A DNA stretch of 57,102 nucleotides, from the IMG/VR virus record IMGVR_UViG_3300014161_000001, positions 1 to 57,102 of that record; one strand, 5' to 3'. The notes beneath the pieces are model-generated. The model was given only the letters and a program-made list of their open reading frames with translations. It was not told where the DNA came from and ran no database searches. Origin of the DNA: a virus. Lineage: Duplodnaviria; Caudoviricetes. Shown one piece after another: positions 26,330 through 35,521 of the stretch; positions within the stretch are counted from its first letter, which is position 1, and the number at the start of each line of letters is the position of its first letter. A program made the position numbers and the translations under genes.

Positions 26330-26995
26330 ATGTCTGACTATCCCGGTTTCGACCGCAGCGATCCGCCGACCGACGCGCAGTTGGCGTGGCTCAAGAAATA
26401 CTCGACGGCGCGCTGGCTTGGCGGCTATTTGCCGTCGCCGTCGCACGCTGCGCGAACGTGGTGCCGACTGTGGCAGAAGCTGCGGGCGCAGGGCTGGGGC
26501 GTCGCCCCGGTCTACGTCGGCCAGCAGGTAATGGGGCCGGGAAACCACGCCGTCACGGCGGCGCAGGGGGCGATCGACGGGGCGGACGCCGCGGCGAGAA
26601 TGGTCGAGGAAGATTTCGCGCCGGGCTCGTTCGTCTTCCTCGACCTCGAGAGTCCTTCGCCTGAGTTCGTCGCGTCGGGCTACGTCGCGGCGTGGATCGA
26701 CGCGGTGCGAGCGGACGGCTTCGGGGCGGGCGTCTACTGCTCGTTCGTCCAGGCGGCGCAGTTCGCTGCGCTGCGGCCGGGCGTGCGCCTCTGGGTCTAC
26801 CACGTGCCGACCGTCGCCCGAACGAACTACCCGAGCGACGATTTCCCCGATCTCGACCCGGCGACGAGCGGATTCGCGGGGGCCTTCGCGTGGCAGCTCC
26901 GTGACAACATCGGCATCCCGGACGCCGCCGCGCCGGGCGGCTGGACGCTCGTCGATCTCGACAGCGCGGTCTCGGCTGACCCGAGCGCGCCGTGA
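26330..26995 (+). CDS. Putative endolysin, DUF1906 / GH25-like glycoside hydrolase
   Basis: PGFD, GGYL, GWGVAPVYVGQQ, VFLDLE, GVYCS, AWQ, VDLD TIM-barrel motifs. Confidence 0.8.
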   Translation: MSDYPGFDRSDPPTDAQLAWLKKYSTARWLGGYLPSPSHAARTWCRLWQKLRAQGWGVAPVYVGQQVMGPGNHAVTAAQGAIDGADAAARMVEEDFAPGSFVFLDLESPSPEFVASGYVAAWIDAVRADGFGAGVYCSFVQAAQFAALRPGVRLWVYHVPTVARTNYPSDDFPDLDPATSGFAGAFAWQLRDNIGIPDAAAPGGWTLVDLDSAVSADPSAP

Positions 26996-27075
26996 TTTGA
27001 CTTCCGCGCGGAGACTGCTCGCCGGGCCGCGCGGGATTCTCCCACCCGGCGAGCGCTCTTGGGAGAATGCAAACC

Positions 27076-27489
27076 ATGTCCGATCCGTCCACTATCTCTG
27101 CGGCGCCGATCGTCACCGTCGTCGCGCCCTACCTCGTCCAGCTCGCCATGGTCCTCATTCCCATCGCGGTCGCCTGGCTCGCCAACGAGTTCCGCCGGCG
27201 CACCGGCGTTCAAGTCCAACAGGCGGCGCTCGACAAGATCGACGCCACCGCCGAGGCCGAAGCGGGCGCGCTGATCGCCGCTGCGGCCAACAATCTCGCC
27301 ACGGATCAGATCAAGGTCGGTTCGCCGATCGTCGCCAGCATTGCGCTGCGAATGGCGGCGGCGTTGCCCAAGGAGCTCGCCGCCGCCGGCCTCACGTCCG
27401 ACGCCGTCGCGACGATGGTCGCGGGCAAGATCGGCAAGTTGCAGGCGAGCATGACGACCGTCGCGCCGCCGCCTGCGCCGCTCAAGTGA
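27076..27489 (+). CDS. Holin-like membrane protein
   Basis: N-terminal TM helix followed by helical domain, directly after endolysin; GGAG RBS fits the ATG at 27076. Confidence 0.55.
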   Translation: MSDPSTISAAPIVTVVAPYLVQLAMVLIPIAVAWLANEFRRRTGVQVQQAALDKIDATAEAEAGALIAAAANNLATDQIKVGSPIVASIALRMAAALPKELAAAGLTSDAVATMVAGKIGKLQASMTTVAPPPAPLK

Positions 27490-27500
27490 AGGAGAACGCC

Positions 27501-28094
27501 ATGAAGAAACTCAGCTTGCCGAGCGCTTTGATGCTTACGCTCGCGTCGTCGGTCTGCCTCGCGTCCGGCGCGGCGCCGCCGAGCGTTACGCCGACGCCTC
27601 TCATCCTTGACGGATTGAATCTGTCGTCGTCGACGGCGACGCCGTCGCTTGACGTCCTGGCGACTTCTTCCAGCCCTTTGGTCGCCATCGCCAACTGGTT
27701 CTCGGGCGACGCGCAGTCGGCCGTCGCGCTGGCTTACCAGTTCCCGAGCCTTCCGGACGGCAATGGCGCGGCGTGCTGGACGGCGGGCGCTCAGCTCGGC
27801 GCGATCATGAAGGCGCATCCGAGCCTGCTCACCGGCAAAGCGATGACGGACATTCAGGCGCTCCGGCTCGCGGTAATGGCGGCGCGACAGATCTGCAACA
27901 ACCAAGCGTGCCAGACGGTCGCCGCCGAGTCCGCCTCGGCGCTCAAAAAGGTCGTTCAGGCGCTGCCGGTCAACGTCAAGCTGCCGACGCAGAACGCCTT
28001 TATCGACGCCTGCGACGATATCCCGACGCTCGCTTCCGCCCCCCTGCCGACGCCAAGCCCGACGCCTGCGACGACGCCGGCCGCGGCGAACTGA
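27501..28094 (+). CDS. Signal-peptide-bearing Cys-rich protein in lysis cassette
   Basis: AAGGAG RBS; MKKLSLPSALMLTLASSVCLA. Confidence 0.7.
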   Translation: MKKLSLPSALMLTLASSVCLASGAAPPSVTPTPLILDGLNLSSSTATPSLDVLATSSSPLVAIANWFSGDAQSAVALAYQFPSLPDGNGAACWTAGAQLGAIMKAHPSLLTGKAMTDIQALRLAVMAARQICNNQACQTVAAESASALKKVVQALPVNVKLPTQNAFIDACDDIPTLASAPLPTPSPTPATTPAAAN

Positions 28095-28095
28095 C

Positions 28096-28716
28096 ATGCT
28101 GAGCGACGCTCAAATCTGCGACCTGGTCGGCGAGAGCTACAACCTCGCGCCGACCGTCGTCGCGGGCGACGACATTCGCGCCGTCGTCACGCGGATCGGC
28201 GACGAGACGGCCGTGGCCTGTCCGGGCACGACCGATCTCGCCGGGTGGTTGGACGACTTCACGATCTGGCCGCGGCTCTTTCCGGTCCTCGGCTGGTATC
28301 ATGACGGCTTCGGCCGTTGCGGCTCGGCGCTGTACGAGGCTGCAGCTGCAAAATTGGCCGTGGACGGCCGCGTGGTGTTTTGCGGGCATTCGCTCGGGGC
28401 GCAGCTCGCGCAAGTGCTGGCGGCGAGATTCGCCGCGGCGCGCGGGCATTCGTTCCGGTGCGTCGTCTTCGGCTGCCCGCGCGGCGCGTTCATTGGCAAC
28501 TGGACGTCCGGGCGGCTCGTGCGCAGCGGCTTGCAGGCGATCGAGTACCGCAATTACGGCGATCCGGTATGCGTCATTCCGCCGCGGCCGATGTGGAAGC
28601 ATAACACGCGCCACAGGGATGTGGGCGCGCGGGTTCACGCGCTCGCGCCGGCGCCGGCCAACCATGACATCGCTCTCTATTCCGCCAACCTTCGAGATGC
28701 AGCAGGAGCCGCCTGA
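28096..28716 (+). CDS. Class-3 lipase / alpha-beta hydrolase
   Basis: PGT, HDGF, GHSLG nucleophile elbow, FGCPR, DPV..IP, terminal H. Confidence 0.85.
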   Translation: MLSDAQICDLVGESYNLAPTVVAGDDIRAVVTRIGDETAVACPGTTDLAGWLDDFTIWPRLFPVLGWYHDGFGRCGSALYEAAAAKLAVDGRVVFCGHSLGAQLAQVLAARFAAARGHSFRCVVFGCPRGAFIGNWTSGRLVRSGLQAIEYRNYGDPVCVIPPRPMWKHNTRHRDVGARVHALAPAPANHDIALYSANLRDAAGAA

Positions 28717-28717
28717 A

Positions 28718-28930
28718 ATGGCCAATTTCAACAATTTCGGGTGGCGCCCGTTCACGCCCATCGAGCTGACGATCGTCGCCGGCGTCATCGTCGCTGCGCT
28801 GTCGGAGATGACCGCGGAGATGTGGCGGCTTCAGAGCGCGAGCGCCGCGACGACGCAGCAGGTGACCGACGACGAGCCGCAATCGCCGACGACTAACGCC
28901 AAAGCGCTCGCGCCGGCCTCGCCGCGATAG
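28718..28930 (+). CDS. Small membrane protein
   Basis: AGGAG RBS; one hydrophobic helix. Confidence 0.55.
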   Translation: MANFNNFGWRPFTPIELTIVAGVIVAALSEMTAEMWRLQSASAATTQQVTDDEPQSPTTNAKALAPASPR

Positions 28931-28983
28931 CGTGAGGATGATGGGCGAGGGACACAACTGACGATCTGGGGGCGGTATCGGCG

Positions 28984-29220
28984 ATGGGCGAAGAGCATCT
29001 TCTTCAAGACATTCACCTCATGGTGGGCGAGATCAACGGCAAACTGGGGATGGTGGTTGGTCAAATCGCTGACCTGAAGCGCGACATCGTCGCCGTCGAA
29101 GAGCGCACGCGGACGTTGGAAAATGGCCGAAGCTGGTTTGCCGGCGCCTGCGCGGTCGGCGGCGGCGTCGTCGGCGCTGCGCTTACGGCTTTTGGACGCC
29201 TCTTGATCGGCCGCGCCTAA
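28984..29220 (+). CDS. Coiled-coil plus C-terminal TM protein (holin/hemolysin XhlA-like)
   Basis: VEERTRTLE coiled coil followed by Gly/Ala TM segment. Confidence 0.6.
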   Translation: MGEEHLLQDIHLMVGEINGKLGMVVGQIADLKRDIVAVEERTRTLENGRSWFAGACAVGGGVVGAALTAFGRLLIGRA

Positions 29221-29249
29221 CCGATCTCTTTCTTCATCGTCGTTCTTAT

Positions 29250-29290
29250 CCGCCCCGGCGCGCCAGCAATGGCCGCCGGGGCGGCTTTTT
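29250..29290 (+). terminator. Rho-independent terminator ending late operon
   Basis: CCGCCCCGGCG..CGCCGGGGCGG then CTTTTT. Confidence 0.75.
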
Positions 29291-29474
29291 GCGTTTCAGG
29301 GCGGGCGGGAACGGTGGCTCTGGCGCTACCGATTTCGTGGAAAGCGCCGAAAAATAGGGCTAAGCCCGGCGGGCGCGAACGGCGTTGGTCTGGCCGAGGC
29401 GCGCGCCGAGCGTGACCGCCACAATTTCTCCTCGGTGAAAGATGACACCCTGGCGGAAGGCGGCGGGGCGGACG

Positions 29475-30014
29475 TCAGGCACGGGAAACCTCGTCGAACA
29501 TGGGCAGCTCCGCTTCGGGCGCCGCCTTTGCGGTCGGGTGCGTTTCGGCGAGCATCCACTTCGCCGGCGGCGGGACGTAGTCGGCCGGCGCGGGCGCCCA
29601 ATCGAAAAGCCCCAGCGCGCCGCGGGCGGGGATGAAATCGCAGGGCTGCGAGTCGCGCATGACGATGGCGCACGGTCCAAAGAACCATCGCGAAACGGCA
29701 TTGCGAGCGATTCCGTCGAACTTCACCGTCCCGACGATCCCGCCGCGCAGCAGCTCGCGCGCCGGCGGACAGGCGACGCCGATCGACGCCATGAACTCGG
29801 CGGCCCCGTCGTATTCGTCGCGCGTCATGCCCTTCGAGGCGTGAATCGCGAGGCGATCGACGCCGTCAAGGTTCATGTGGCGGAGAGCGACCGCGGTTCG
29901 GTTCTCGACGTCCTTGCCGGCGTGGATGATCGCCCAGGCCCAGGGCTGGCAGACCGATAGCGCCTTGCAGGGGAGAATCATCGGCGTGCGGGATGAGTGT
30001 GGACGCTCGATCAT
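29475..30014 (-). CDS. ASCH-domain protein
   Basis: ALSVCQPWAWAIIHAGKDVENR, AIHAS, GGIVG, GALGLF; ATGA overlap fixes the start at 30014. Confidence 0.85.
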   Translation of the reverse strand: MIERPHSSRTPMILPCKALSVCQPWAWAIIHAGKDVENRTAVALRHMNLDGVDRLAIHASKGMTRDEYDGAAEFMASIGVACPPARELLRGGIVGTVKFDGIARNAVSRWFFGPCAIVMRDSQPCDFIPARGALGLFDWAPAPADYVPPPAKWMLAETHPTAKAAPEAELPMFDEVSRA

Positions 30015-30286
30015 GGCGCGCACCGCAGATCATGGGCCATCGCACCCATGCCGCAGAGGCGGCAGACCTGCTCGCCGTAGAGGCCGTCTTCGAACTCGCG
30101 CCATCCGGAGAATTCATGCTCGCATGGGCCGTCCGGGCAGGCGCAGTAGCAGCCATCGGCGCCGGAGACGTGAAACTGCGTGGTCGCCGGGTCCCAGCCT
30201 TGCTCGGCGCAGACCGCGTCGAACATCGCCTTCAGCGAGGCGTCGCGTTTGGCGCGAAGGGCCGCGAAGTCGGGCTTGCCAATCAT
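30011..30286 (-). CDS. Cys-rich hypothetical protein
   Basis: CYCACP..CEH..CRLC; ATGA-coupled. Confidence 0.7.
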   Translation of the reverse strand: MIGKPDFAALRAKRDASLKAMFDAVCAEQGWDPATTQFHVSGADGCYCACPDGPCEHEFSGWREFEDGLYGEQVCRLCGMGAMAHDLRCAP

Positions 30287-30486
30287 GGCGCAACATCTTT
30301 CTCAAAGAATTTTCTGACCGGCTCAAACATCGCATTGATCCTGTCCATGCGCTTGACATTGCATTCGAAGCACCACGGCCCCCATGCGGCGATACATCCG
30401 CGCTTGCCGCAGCCCACGCAGCGGACGCGCGGCCTGATCTTGTTGCCGGGATGGCAAGGGTCGGCGTAAGGACGTTCATAGCTCAT
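30283..30486 (-). CDS. Small zinc-finger-like protein
   Basis: CVGC..CFEC; coupled overlaps. Confidence 0.65.
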   Translation of the reverse strand: MSYERPYADPCHPGNKIRPRVRCVGCGKRGCIAAWGPWCFECNVKRMDRINAMFEPVRKFFEKDVAP

Positions 30487-30578
30487 GACTTCCTCCCCGC
30501 ATGCACCGCCTCGCCGTCAATGTCGTCTTCGTAGTCGAAAATTTGTTTGGCGAACCAGTCGCTCAGCTTTTCACTCAT
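30483..30578 (-). CDS. 31-aa hypothetical protein
   Basis: MSEKLSDWFAKQIFDYEDDIDGEAVHAGRKS; ATGA overlaps at both ends. Confidence 0.55.
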   Translation of the reverse strand: MSEKLSDWFAKQIFDYEDDIDGEAVHAGRKS

Positions 30579-31279
30579 GTCTTCTTCTCCGATTGATCCG
30601 CGAACTCCACCCGATCCGCCGCGTAGATGTGCAGCAGCTCAGCGATGTTGTCGGCCAGAACGAAGCCGACCATCATGCGCGGCGAGCCTTTCCTGTCGCA
30701 GCCCTCTCCCCGCCAGAAACCGCGCAGCGTCGCTCCGTCCATGCGGTGAACGAGGACCGGCCGTCCCCAGCGCGGGTCTGGGTAACGGGGCTTGTCCTTG
30801 GAGAAATACGGATTGCCGACTCGGCTTATGGCGCTGACGACCGGTTCGCCATAACAACGAATTGCCCAGCTCCAAAACTCCGTGGCGACGGCGAGGGCGG
30901 CATCTCGCTCGGCGCACACATCGCAGATGTCGAGGTTTGCACGCGCGATTGATTCTTGCCGCTTCTGCTCCACCTGCGCCAGCTTCGCGGCCAAGGCGTC
31001 ACGCTCAGCCGTCATCGCCGCTAACTTCGGCGAGTGGTGCAGACACATGTCGTCAGGCGTGTCGATCGAACAGGCGCAGGTGTGTGGCGCGAGCGCGTCG
31101 AGCTTCTGCTCCATCGCGGCGTATTCGTCCTCCATCGTCGCAATTCGGGCGGAGAGGGCGTCTCTCTCGGCGGCGAGGGCTTCGATGAGGTCGGCGGCGA
31201 TACGGTCAAGTGGGCGCTGTCCAGTTCTGCGAAGGCGCTGTCCCGCGTCCGACACCGCTGCGGGCGAAGTGTCAGTCAC
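30575..31279 (-). CDS. Hypothetical mosaic protein (coiled coil, Cys/His cluster)
   Basis: GGAGGAGG RBS and GTGA overlap; AERDAL repeats. Confidence 0.7.
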   Translation of the reverse strand: MTDTSPAAVSDAGQRLRRTGQRPLDRIAADLIEALAAERDALSARIATMEDEYAAMEQKLDALAPHTCACSIDTPDDMCLHHSPKLAAMTAERDALAAKLAQVEQKRQESIARANLDICDVCAERDAALAVATEFWSWAIRCYGEPVVSAISRVGNPYFSKDKPRYPDPRWGRPVLVHRMDGATLRGFWRGEGCDRKGSPRMMVGFVLADNIAELLHIYAADRVEFADQSEKKT

Positions 31280-31746
31280 TTCGCCTCCTCCTTCTTCGCG
31301 CTGGCGGCGATTCCTTTCTCCACGCCCGGATCGAGCTGCGCCTCGGCGCGCCGCGCGATCGTCGCCAGCGAAGTTTGCGCCCGCGCCGTCGCTCCGAGTC
31401 CTGCGGCGGTCAAGAAAAGATCCGCCGCGCTGTACGCGATGTCGGCGTCGAGGGAAGTCCAAGGCTCCTCGGAACGGCCCTGAATCCTACGGGCCTCGAC
31501 GACGCCCTGGATGCCCATCGCACGGAGATGACCCCGAGCGGCGCGCGTCTCGTCGGCGGAATTGCGCGCCGCCGCGGCGACCTCGTCATCCAGCCGCCTC
31601 TCCTCGTCGAGCGAGGCGCGGAGATGAGCCTCAATCTCGACTCGCGCCTCGGCGAGCTCGGCGGCATTCATCGCCCGCACCAGAGGTTCCATCCCGAGAC
31701 GCGAGAGCGGCGCCTCGTCGGAATTCTCGTAGGTCCTGTCGCTCAT
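31276..31746 (-). CDS. Hypothetical protein, first gene of leftward early operon
   Basis: AGGAG RBS upstream; helical composition. Confidence 0.7.
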   Translation of the reverse strand: MSDRTYENSDEAPLSRLGMEPLVRAMNAAELAEARVEIEAHLRASLDEERRLDDEVAAAARNSADETRAARGHLRAMGIQGVVEARRIQGRSEEPWTSLDADIAYSAADLFLTAAGLGATARAQTSLATIARRAEAQLDPGVEKGIAASAKKEEAK

Positions 31747-31779
31747 CCTGTTCTCCTGTGTCAGCGCCGAATGGCGCCC

Positions 31780-31833
31780 TTGACATCGTGTAACATATTG
31801 TTATGCTCGCCGCGTGTCAATAACAAGTTGTTA
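31780..31833. promoter_or_regulatory. Overlapping divergent promoters with two TAACA-N3-TGTTA operators
   Basis: TTGACA 31780 (+), TGTCAA 31815 (-); operators at 31791-31803 and 31821-31833. Confidence 0.8.
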
Positions 31834-31838
31834 CGCCC

Positions 31839-32081
31839 ATGACCGAGACAGCGGCGAAAGAGCACGGCTTCGACTTCTCCAAATTCCTCGCCGACAAGTG
31901 GGGTGGCCCCGATGCGCTTCTCGCCTTCCTGCACGCCTACGGTCACGACGAATTCCCCCGTCCGACGATCAACCAATGGTTTCGCCGCGGTTCGGTGCCG
32001 GCCGAGACCTTCGCGCTGCTGCTCGGCCTGCTGAAGCTCGACACCGGCAGAGACGCGCCGGTCGAGGAGTATCTGCGGTGA
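31839..32081 (+). CDS. Cro-like helix-turn-helix regulator
   Basis: WGG..PRPTINQWFRRGSVP HTH-like pattern; leaderless position next to operators. Confidence 0.65.
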   Translation: MTETAAKEHGFDFSKFLADKWGGPDALLAFLHAYGHDEFPRPTINQWFRRGSVPAETFALLLGLLKLDTGRDAPVEEYLR

Positions 32082-32554
32082 TCGAGATTCGCCTCGACGG
32101 CGACCCAGTCGCCAAAGGTCGCCACCGCCACCGTCTCGACGTCAAGATCAACCCCAGCACGGGAAAATCAGCTCCTTTTGTCTACAGCCACCCCGACGCG
32201 AGAACTGCGCGCTTCGAGGACCGGTTAGCCTGGGCGGCTCAAGTAGCGATGGCTGGCCGACCCCTGCTCGACGGCGCGCTGCGACTCGACTTCCGCAGTT
32301 TCCTCGCCATTCCTACCAGCTGGTCGGCGAAGAAACGCACAGCGGCGCTGCGCGGCGACATTTACCCGACTGGGCGGCCGGACTGGGACAACTTCGCCAA
32401 GGTCATCGATGCGCTCAACGGCGTCGTCTGGCGTGACGACGCGCTGGTCGTCGACGCGCATGTGCGCAAGCGCTACTCTGATCGACCGCGCACCGAGATC
32501 GCAGTGGAGCCGATGCCGTCCGACGGTTGGCAGCAGCATAACAACTTGTTATAG
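32078..32554 (+). CDS. rusA: RusA-family Holliday junction resolvase
   Basis: PVAKGRHR, RPDWDNFAK..DALNGVVWRDD..K.Y motifs. Confidence 0.9.
   Translation: MIEIRLDGDPVAKGRHRHRLDVKINPSTGKSAPFVYSHPDARTARFEDRLAWAAQVAMAGRPLLDGALRLDFRSFLAIPTSWSAKKRTAALRGDIYPTGRPDWDNFAKVIDALNGVVWRDDALVVDAHVRKRYSDRPRTEIAVEPMPSDGWQQHNNLL
32539..32551. promoter_or_regulatory. TAACA-N3-TGTTA operator
   Basis: TAACAACTTGTTA at the 3' end of rusA. Confidence 0.6.
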
Positions 32555-32587
32555 ACACCGCGAAACCTGAGAAGCGGAGAACCTGAG

Positions 32588-32827
32588 ATGCCGAGCCACG
32601 AAGCGATGAGACCCGAGAAGAGGTGGGCGGCGGGAGACAAGGCGTTTCTGACCTACAAGGAGGCGCGGACCTATCTCGCCGCCCGCCGTGGGCAGGTCCG
32701 CCGCGAGCGCCTAACCGAGATCGTCCTGGACGCGCTGATCGACCAGCTGGCGCTCGACTCCGACAAGCTTGCCGAGATCGTCGTCGACGCCGTGCTCGAC
32801 AAGTTCAGAATTATCCCGCGAAAATGA
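32588..32827 (+). CDS. Hypothetical protein
   Basis: GGAG RBS; ATGA overlap with helicase. Confidence 0.7.
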   Translation: MPSHEAMRPEKRWAAGDKAFLTYKEARTYLAARRGQVRRERLTEIVLDALIDQLALDSDKLAEIVVDAVLDKFRIIPRK

Positions 32828-34155
32828 CTCCGATGCCGACCCAGCTCAGCGGAGCCGACTTTCTCGCCCGCCGCCAACGCGCCTTCCTCTGGGACAGTCC
32901 GCGCGTCGGTAAGACCGGCACAGCGATCATGGCGGCGGACTACGTGCTGGCGAAGTCGATTCTGGTGGTGACGCCGGCGAGCGGGCGCGGCGTTTGGCGA
33001 CGCGCCTTCCCGGCTTGGCAGGCGATCCCGCGCCGGGTCCGAGTTGTCGGCGCCGATGCAGATGCACCCTCCAACGTAGTCGTCGTCTCGTGGGGGATGC
33101 TCGACAAAGTCGCCGGCGCGATGCGCCGGCGACCGGATCTGATCATCCTCGACGAGGACCAGGAAGCGTCCAATCCCGAGGCGCTGCGTTCGCAGCGGGC
33201 TTATGGCGTGCCGGCCGACGACGGCGACGAGATGTTAACCGCCAAGGCCGCGGTGCAACCCGGCGATCGAGTGTGGCACCTGTCGGGCTCGCCCTTTCCC
33301 CACGACCTCGGCAACTCGTGGCTGCGCCTGCGGGCGAGCTTCCCCGAGTTGCTGAAGGCGCAGCGCAACTGGCCTGACGTCACCCGTTTCGGCGCCTTCC
33401 GCGACCGCTACTGCCGCATGGGCCGCAAAAAGCTGCCGAACGGCGAGTACGCGCCGATCGTGCTCGGCGGTAAGAACGAGACCGAACTGCGCCAGAGGAT
33501 CGACGGGACCTTCTTACGCCGAACGCAGAAGGATGTCGGCATCCAGCCGCCGCGCTGTGAGACACTGCCACTCGTCGTCAGCGCCGAAGAACGCGCTCGC
33601 TTCGCTGAGACGCCGCACGAGCGCAAGATTTTAGCCGCCGCCGCTGCAGGCAGGACCTACGACCTCGAGATGGAGCTCGGCCCGCTGTGGCGTCAGACCG
33701 GCCTCATCAAGGCCCGTGCTGTGGTCGAGGCGATCAGAGAGCAGATGCGGCTCGGCTTGGAAAAGGTCGTCCTCGCCTACTGGCATCACGACGTCGGCGA
33801 CATCCTGGAAGCAGAGCTTAAGCCTTTCGGCTTAGTTCGTCTGGATGGGGATACCGCGCCGGCTGACCGCGAGCAGGCCGAGCGGCGCTTCCGCGCACCG
33901 TCGAATCGCATCTTCCTGGGACAGATCAAGTCGGCTGGCGAGGCGATCGATCTCAGCGCTGCGGACGAGATGTGGCTCGTCGAATACGCCCTGTCGCCGC
34001 GGCTCATGGAGCAAGTGTCGAAGCGCATCGTCAACATCAACAAGCCGCACAATTGCTTCGTCCGCGTCGTCACGATCGACCAGAGCGTCGACGACCGGAT
34101 CGCCGAACGACTCATACACCTGTGGAAGTCCATCAACAGAGTTATTTCGAAATGA
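32824..34155 (+). CDS. SNF2/SF2-type helicase (divergent motifs)
   Basis: PRVGKT, LIILDEDQ, LSGSP, LRRTQKDV, RLDG, GEAIDL. Confidence 0.8.
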   Translation: MTPMPTQLSGADFLARRQRAFLWDSPRVGKTGTAIMAADYVLAKSILVVTPASGRGVWRRAFPAWQAIPRRVRVVGADADAPSNVVVVSWGMLDKVAGAMRRRPDLIILDEDQEASNPEALRSQRAYGVPADDGDEMLTAKAAVQPGDRVWHLSGSPFPHDLGNSWLRLRASFPELLKAQRNWPDVTRFGAFRDRYCRMGRKKLPNGEYAPIVLGGKNETELRQRIDGTFLRRTQKDVGIQPPRCETLPLVVSAEERARFAETPHERKILAAAAAGRTYDLEMELGPLWRQTGLIKARAVVEAIREQMRLGLEKVVLAYWHHDVGDILEAELKPFGLVRLDGDTAPADREQAERRFRAPSNRIFLGQIKSAGEAIDLSAADEMWLVEYALSPRLMEQVSKRIVNINKPHNCFVRVVTIDQSVDDRIAERLIHLWKSINRVISK

Positions 34156-35249
34156 TCAAAACAGTCATCACGATCGAATTGACCGACGGCGAACACCTCG
34201 CCAATGCGATCAAATCACTAGGCTTCGGCTGGCCGAACGCGTTGGTTCCACCTACCGTTCACATCGCCAATGACGAGCTGGCCGCCGGTGAAATCGCCGA
34301 GCAGACATATACCACCATCAAGGTGGAGAACGAAACGATCCACGAGGCAGGCGAGATCGGCAACAACGCTCTACTGCACATCCACGACGAGATCGCCGTC
34401 GGGACGCTGCGCACAGCCGGTGAGACGACCGGCGACTCGACTCTCGTCGTGACCCGCAAGCCGCTCGGCCCAATGGACGGCGAGCGCAAACGCGGCGAGG
34501 CGGCGCCCGGCCACCGGCGGCGAACCAACGCGCAGATCAAGGAGGACGCAGTCTACTTCGCCGAAGTCGCTAAGATGATCGGCGACAAACCGACAACTCA
34601 ACCGTTGCCGCCAGACGCTGAGCCGATGCAGATCTCGACCGGCGAGGAGCGAATCAGCCCCGAGGATGCTGCCGATGAGGCAGCCGAGAGCGAGGCGCGC
34701 CGCGCCGAGCGCGGCGGCAAGCTGACGATCGAGGACCTGCGGGCCGCGGTCGGCCGCTACACCGAAAAGTTCGGCGCCAAGGCGTCGATCGAGAACATCC
34801 GGTCGATCGTCGGCTGCGCGATCCTCGAAGTGCCGGAGAGCGAGATCGGCGCGGCGATCAGCCGCGTCGAGGCGGCGATCGCCGGCTCGATAGTCCTCGG
34901 CGTGCCGTTCGCCGACGTCCGCTCTGTCGAACCGCCGAAGCCGGGCGAGACCGAGTCGGTATTCGGCGACGCACTCGCCGACAAACCAACCAAGCCGATC
35001 CACGCGACCAAAACCGACGTCGTCGAGGCATTCACCGCCTACGGTAAGAAGTACGACGGCACGACCGACCCAGCAAAGATGGAGATCGCCCGCCAAGACT
35101 TACTCAAAATTCTTGAGAAGACCTTTGGAGCCGGCACGACGACGATCAGCAAAATAATTCCGCAGACGCCGGAAGGGTTCGGCCGCGCCATGACCGCCGT
35201 GTACGAGGCGATCCGCGACAATCCGTTCAGACGGGCGGTGAAGTCATGA
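34152..35249 (+). CDS. Hypothetical replication-module protein
   Basis: 365 aa acidic protein upstream of DUF2800; GHRRRTNAQI motif, two LTIEDLR/ATKTDV helical modules. Confidence 0.7.
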   Translation: MIKTVITIELTDGEHLANAIKSLGFGWPNALVPPTVHIANDELAAGEIAEQTYTTIKVENETIHEAGEIGNNALLHIHDEIAVGTLRTAGETTGDSTLVVTRKPLGPMDGERKRGEAAPGHRRRTNAQIKEDAVYFAEVAKMIGDKPTTQPLPPDAEPMQISTGEERISPEDAADEAAESEARRAERGGKLTIEDLRAAVGRYTEKFGAKASIENIRSIVGCAILEVPESEIGAAISRVEAAIAGSIVLGVPFADVRSVEPPKPGETESVFGDALADKPTKPIHATKTDVVEAFTAYGKKYDGTTDPAKMEIARQDLLKILEKTFGAGTTTISKIIPQTPEGFGRAMTAVYEAIRDNPFRRAVKS

Positions 35250-35521
35250 TCAACGCCATCATCGTAACCAACCCCGGCACTGGCTACGCAGGCCCTCCCG
35301 GCGGCGATTTTCCCGAGCCGAAAGATCCGACTCGTGAAAAAAGTCAAGAAGAATGCCCTAAGCTCGGATCAATTTGGCAGGCTAAAAACGGGCTAACCGT
35401 AACACCGATCGGGCGGCAAGGAGGCTATGTCAATCTCAGCACAAGCGAAGGTCCTCGAATCTGGGCCTACGACGAATTTTGGACATGGGTTAACGGTGAC
35501 AAAGCGGAGATGGTCGGATGA
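35246..35521 (+). CDS. Low-GC hypothetical protein
   Basis: ATGA overlaps at both ends; AT-richer codons. Confidence 0.65.
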   Translation: MINAIIVTNPGTGYAGPPGGDFPEPKDPTREKSQEECPKLGSIWQAKNGLTVTPIGRQGGYVNLSTSEGPRIWAYDEFWTWVNGDKAEMVG

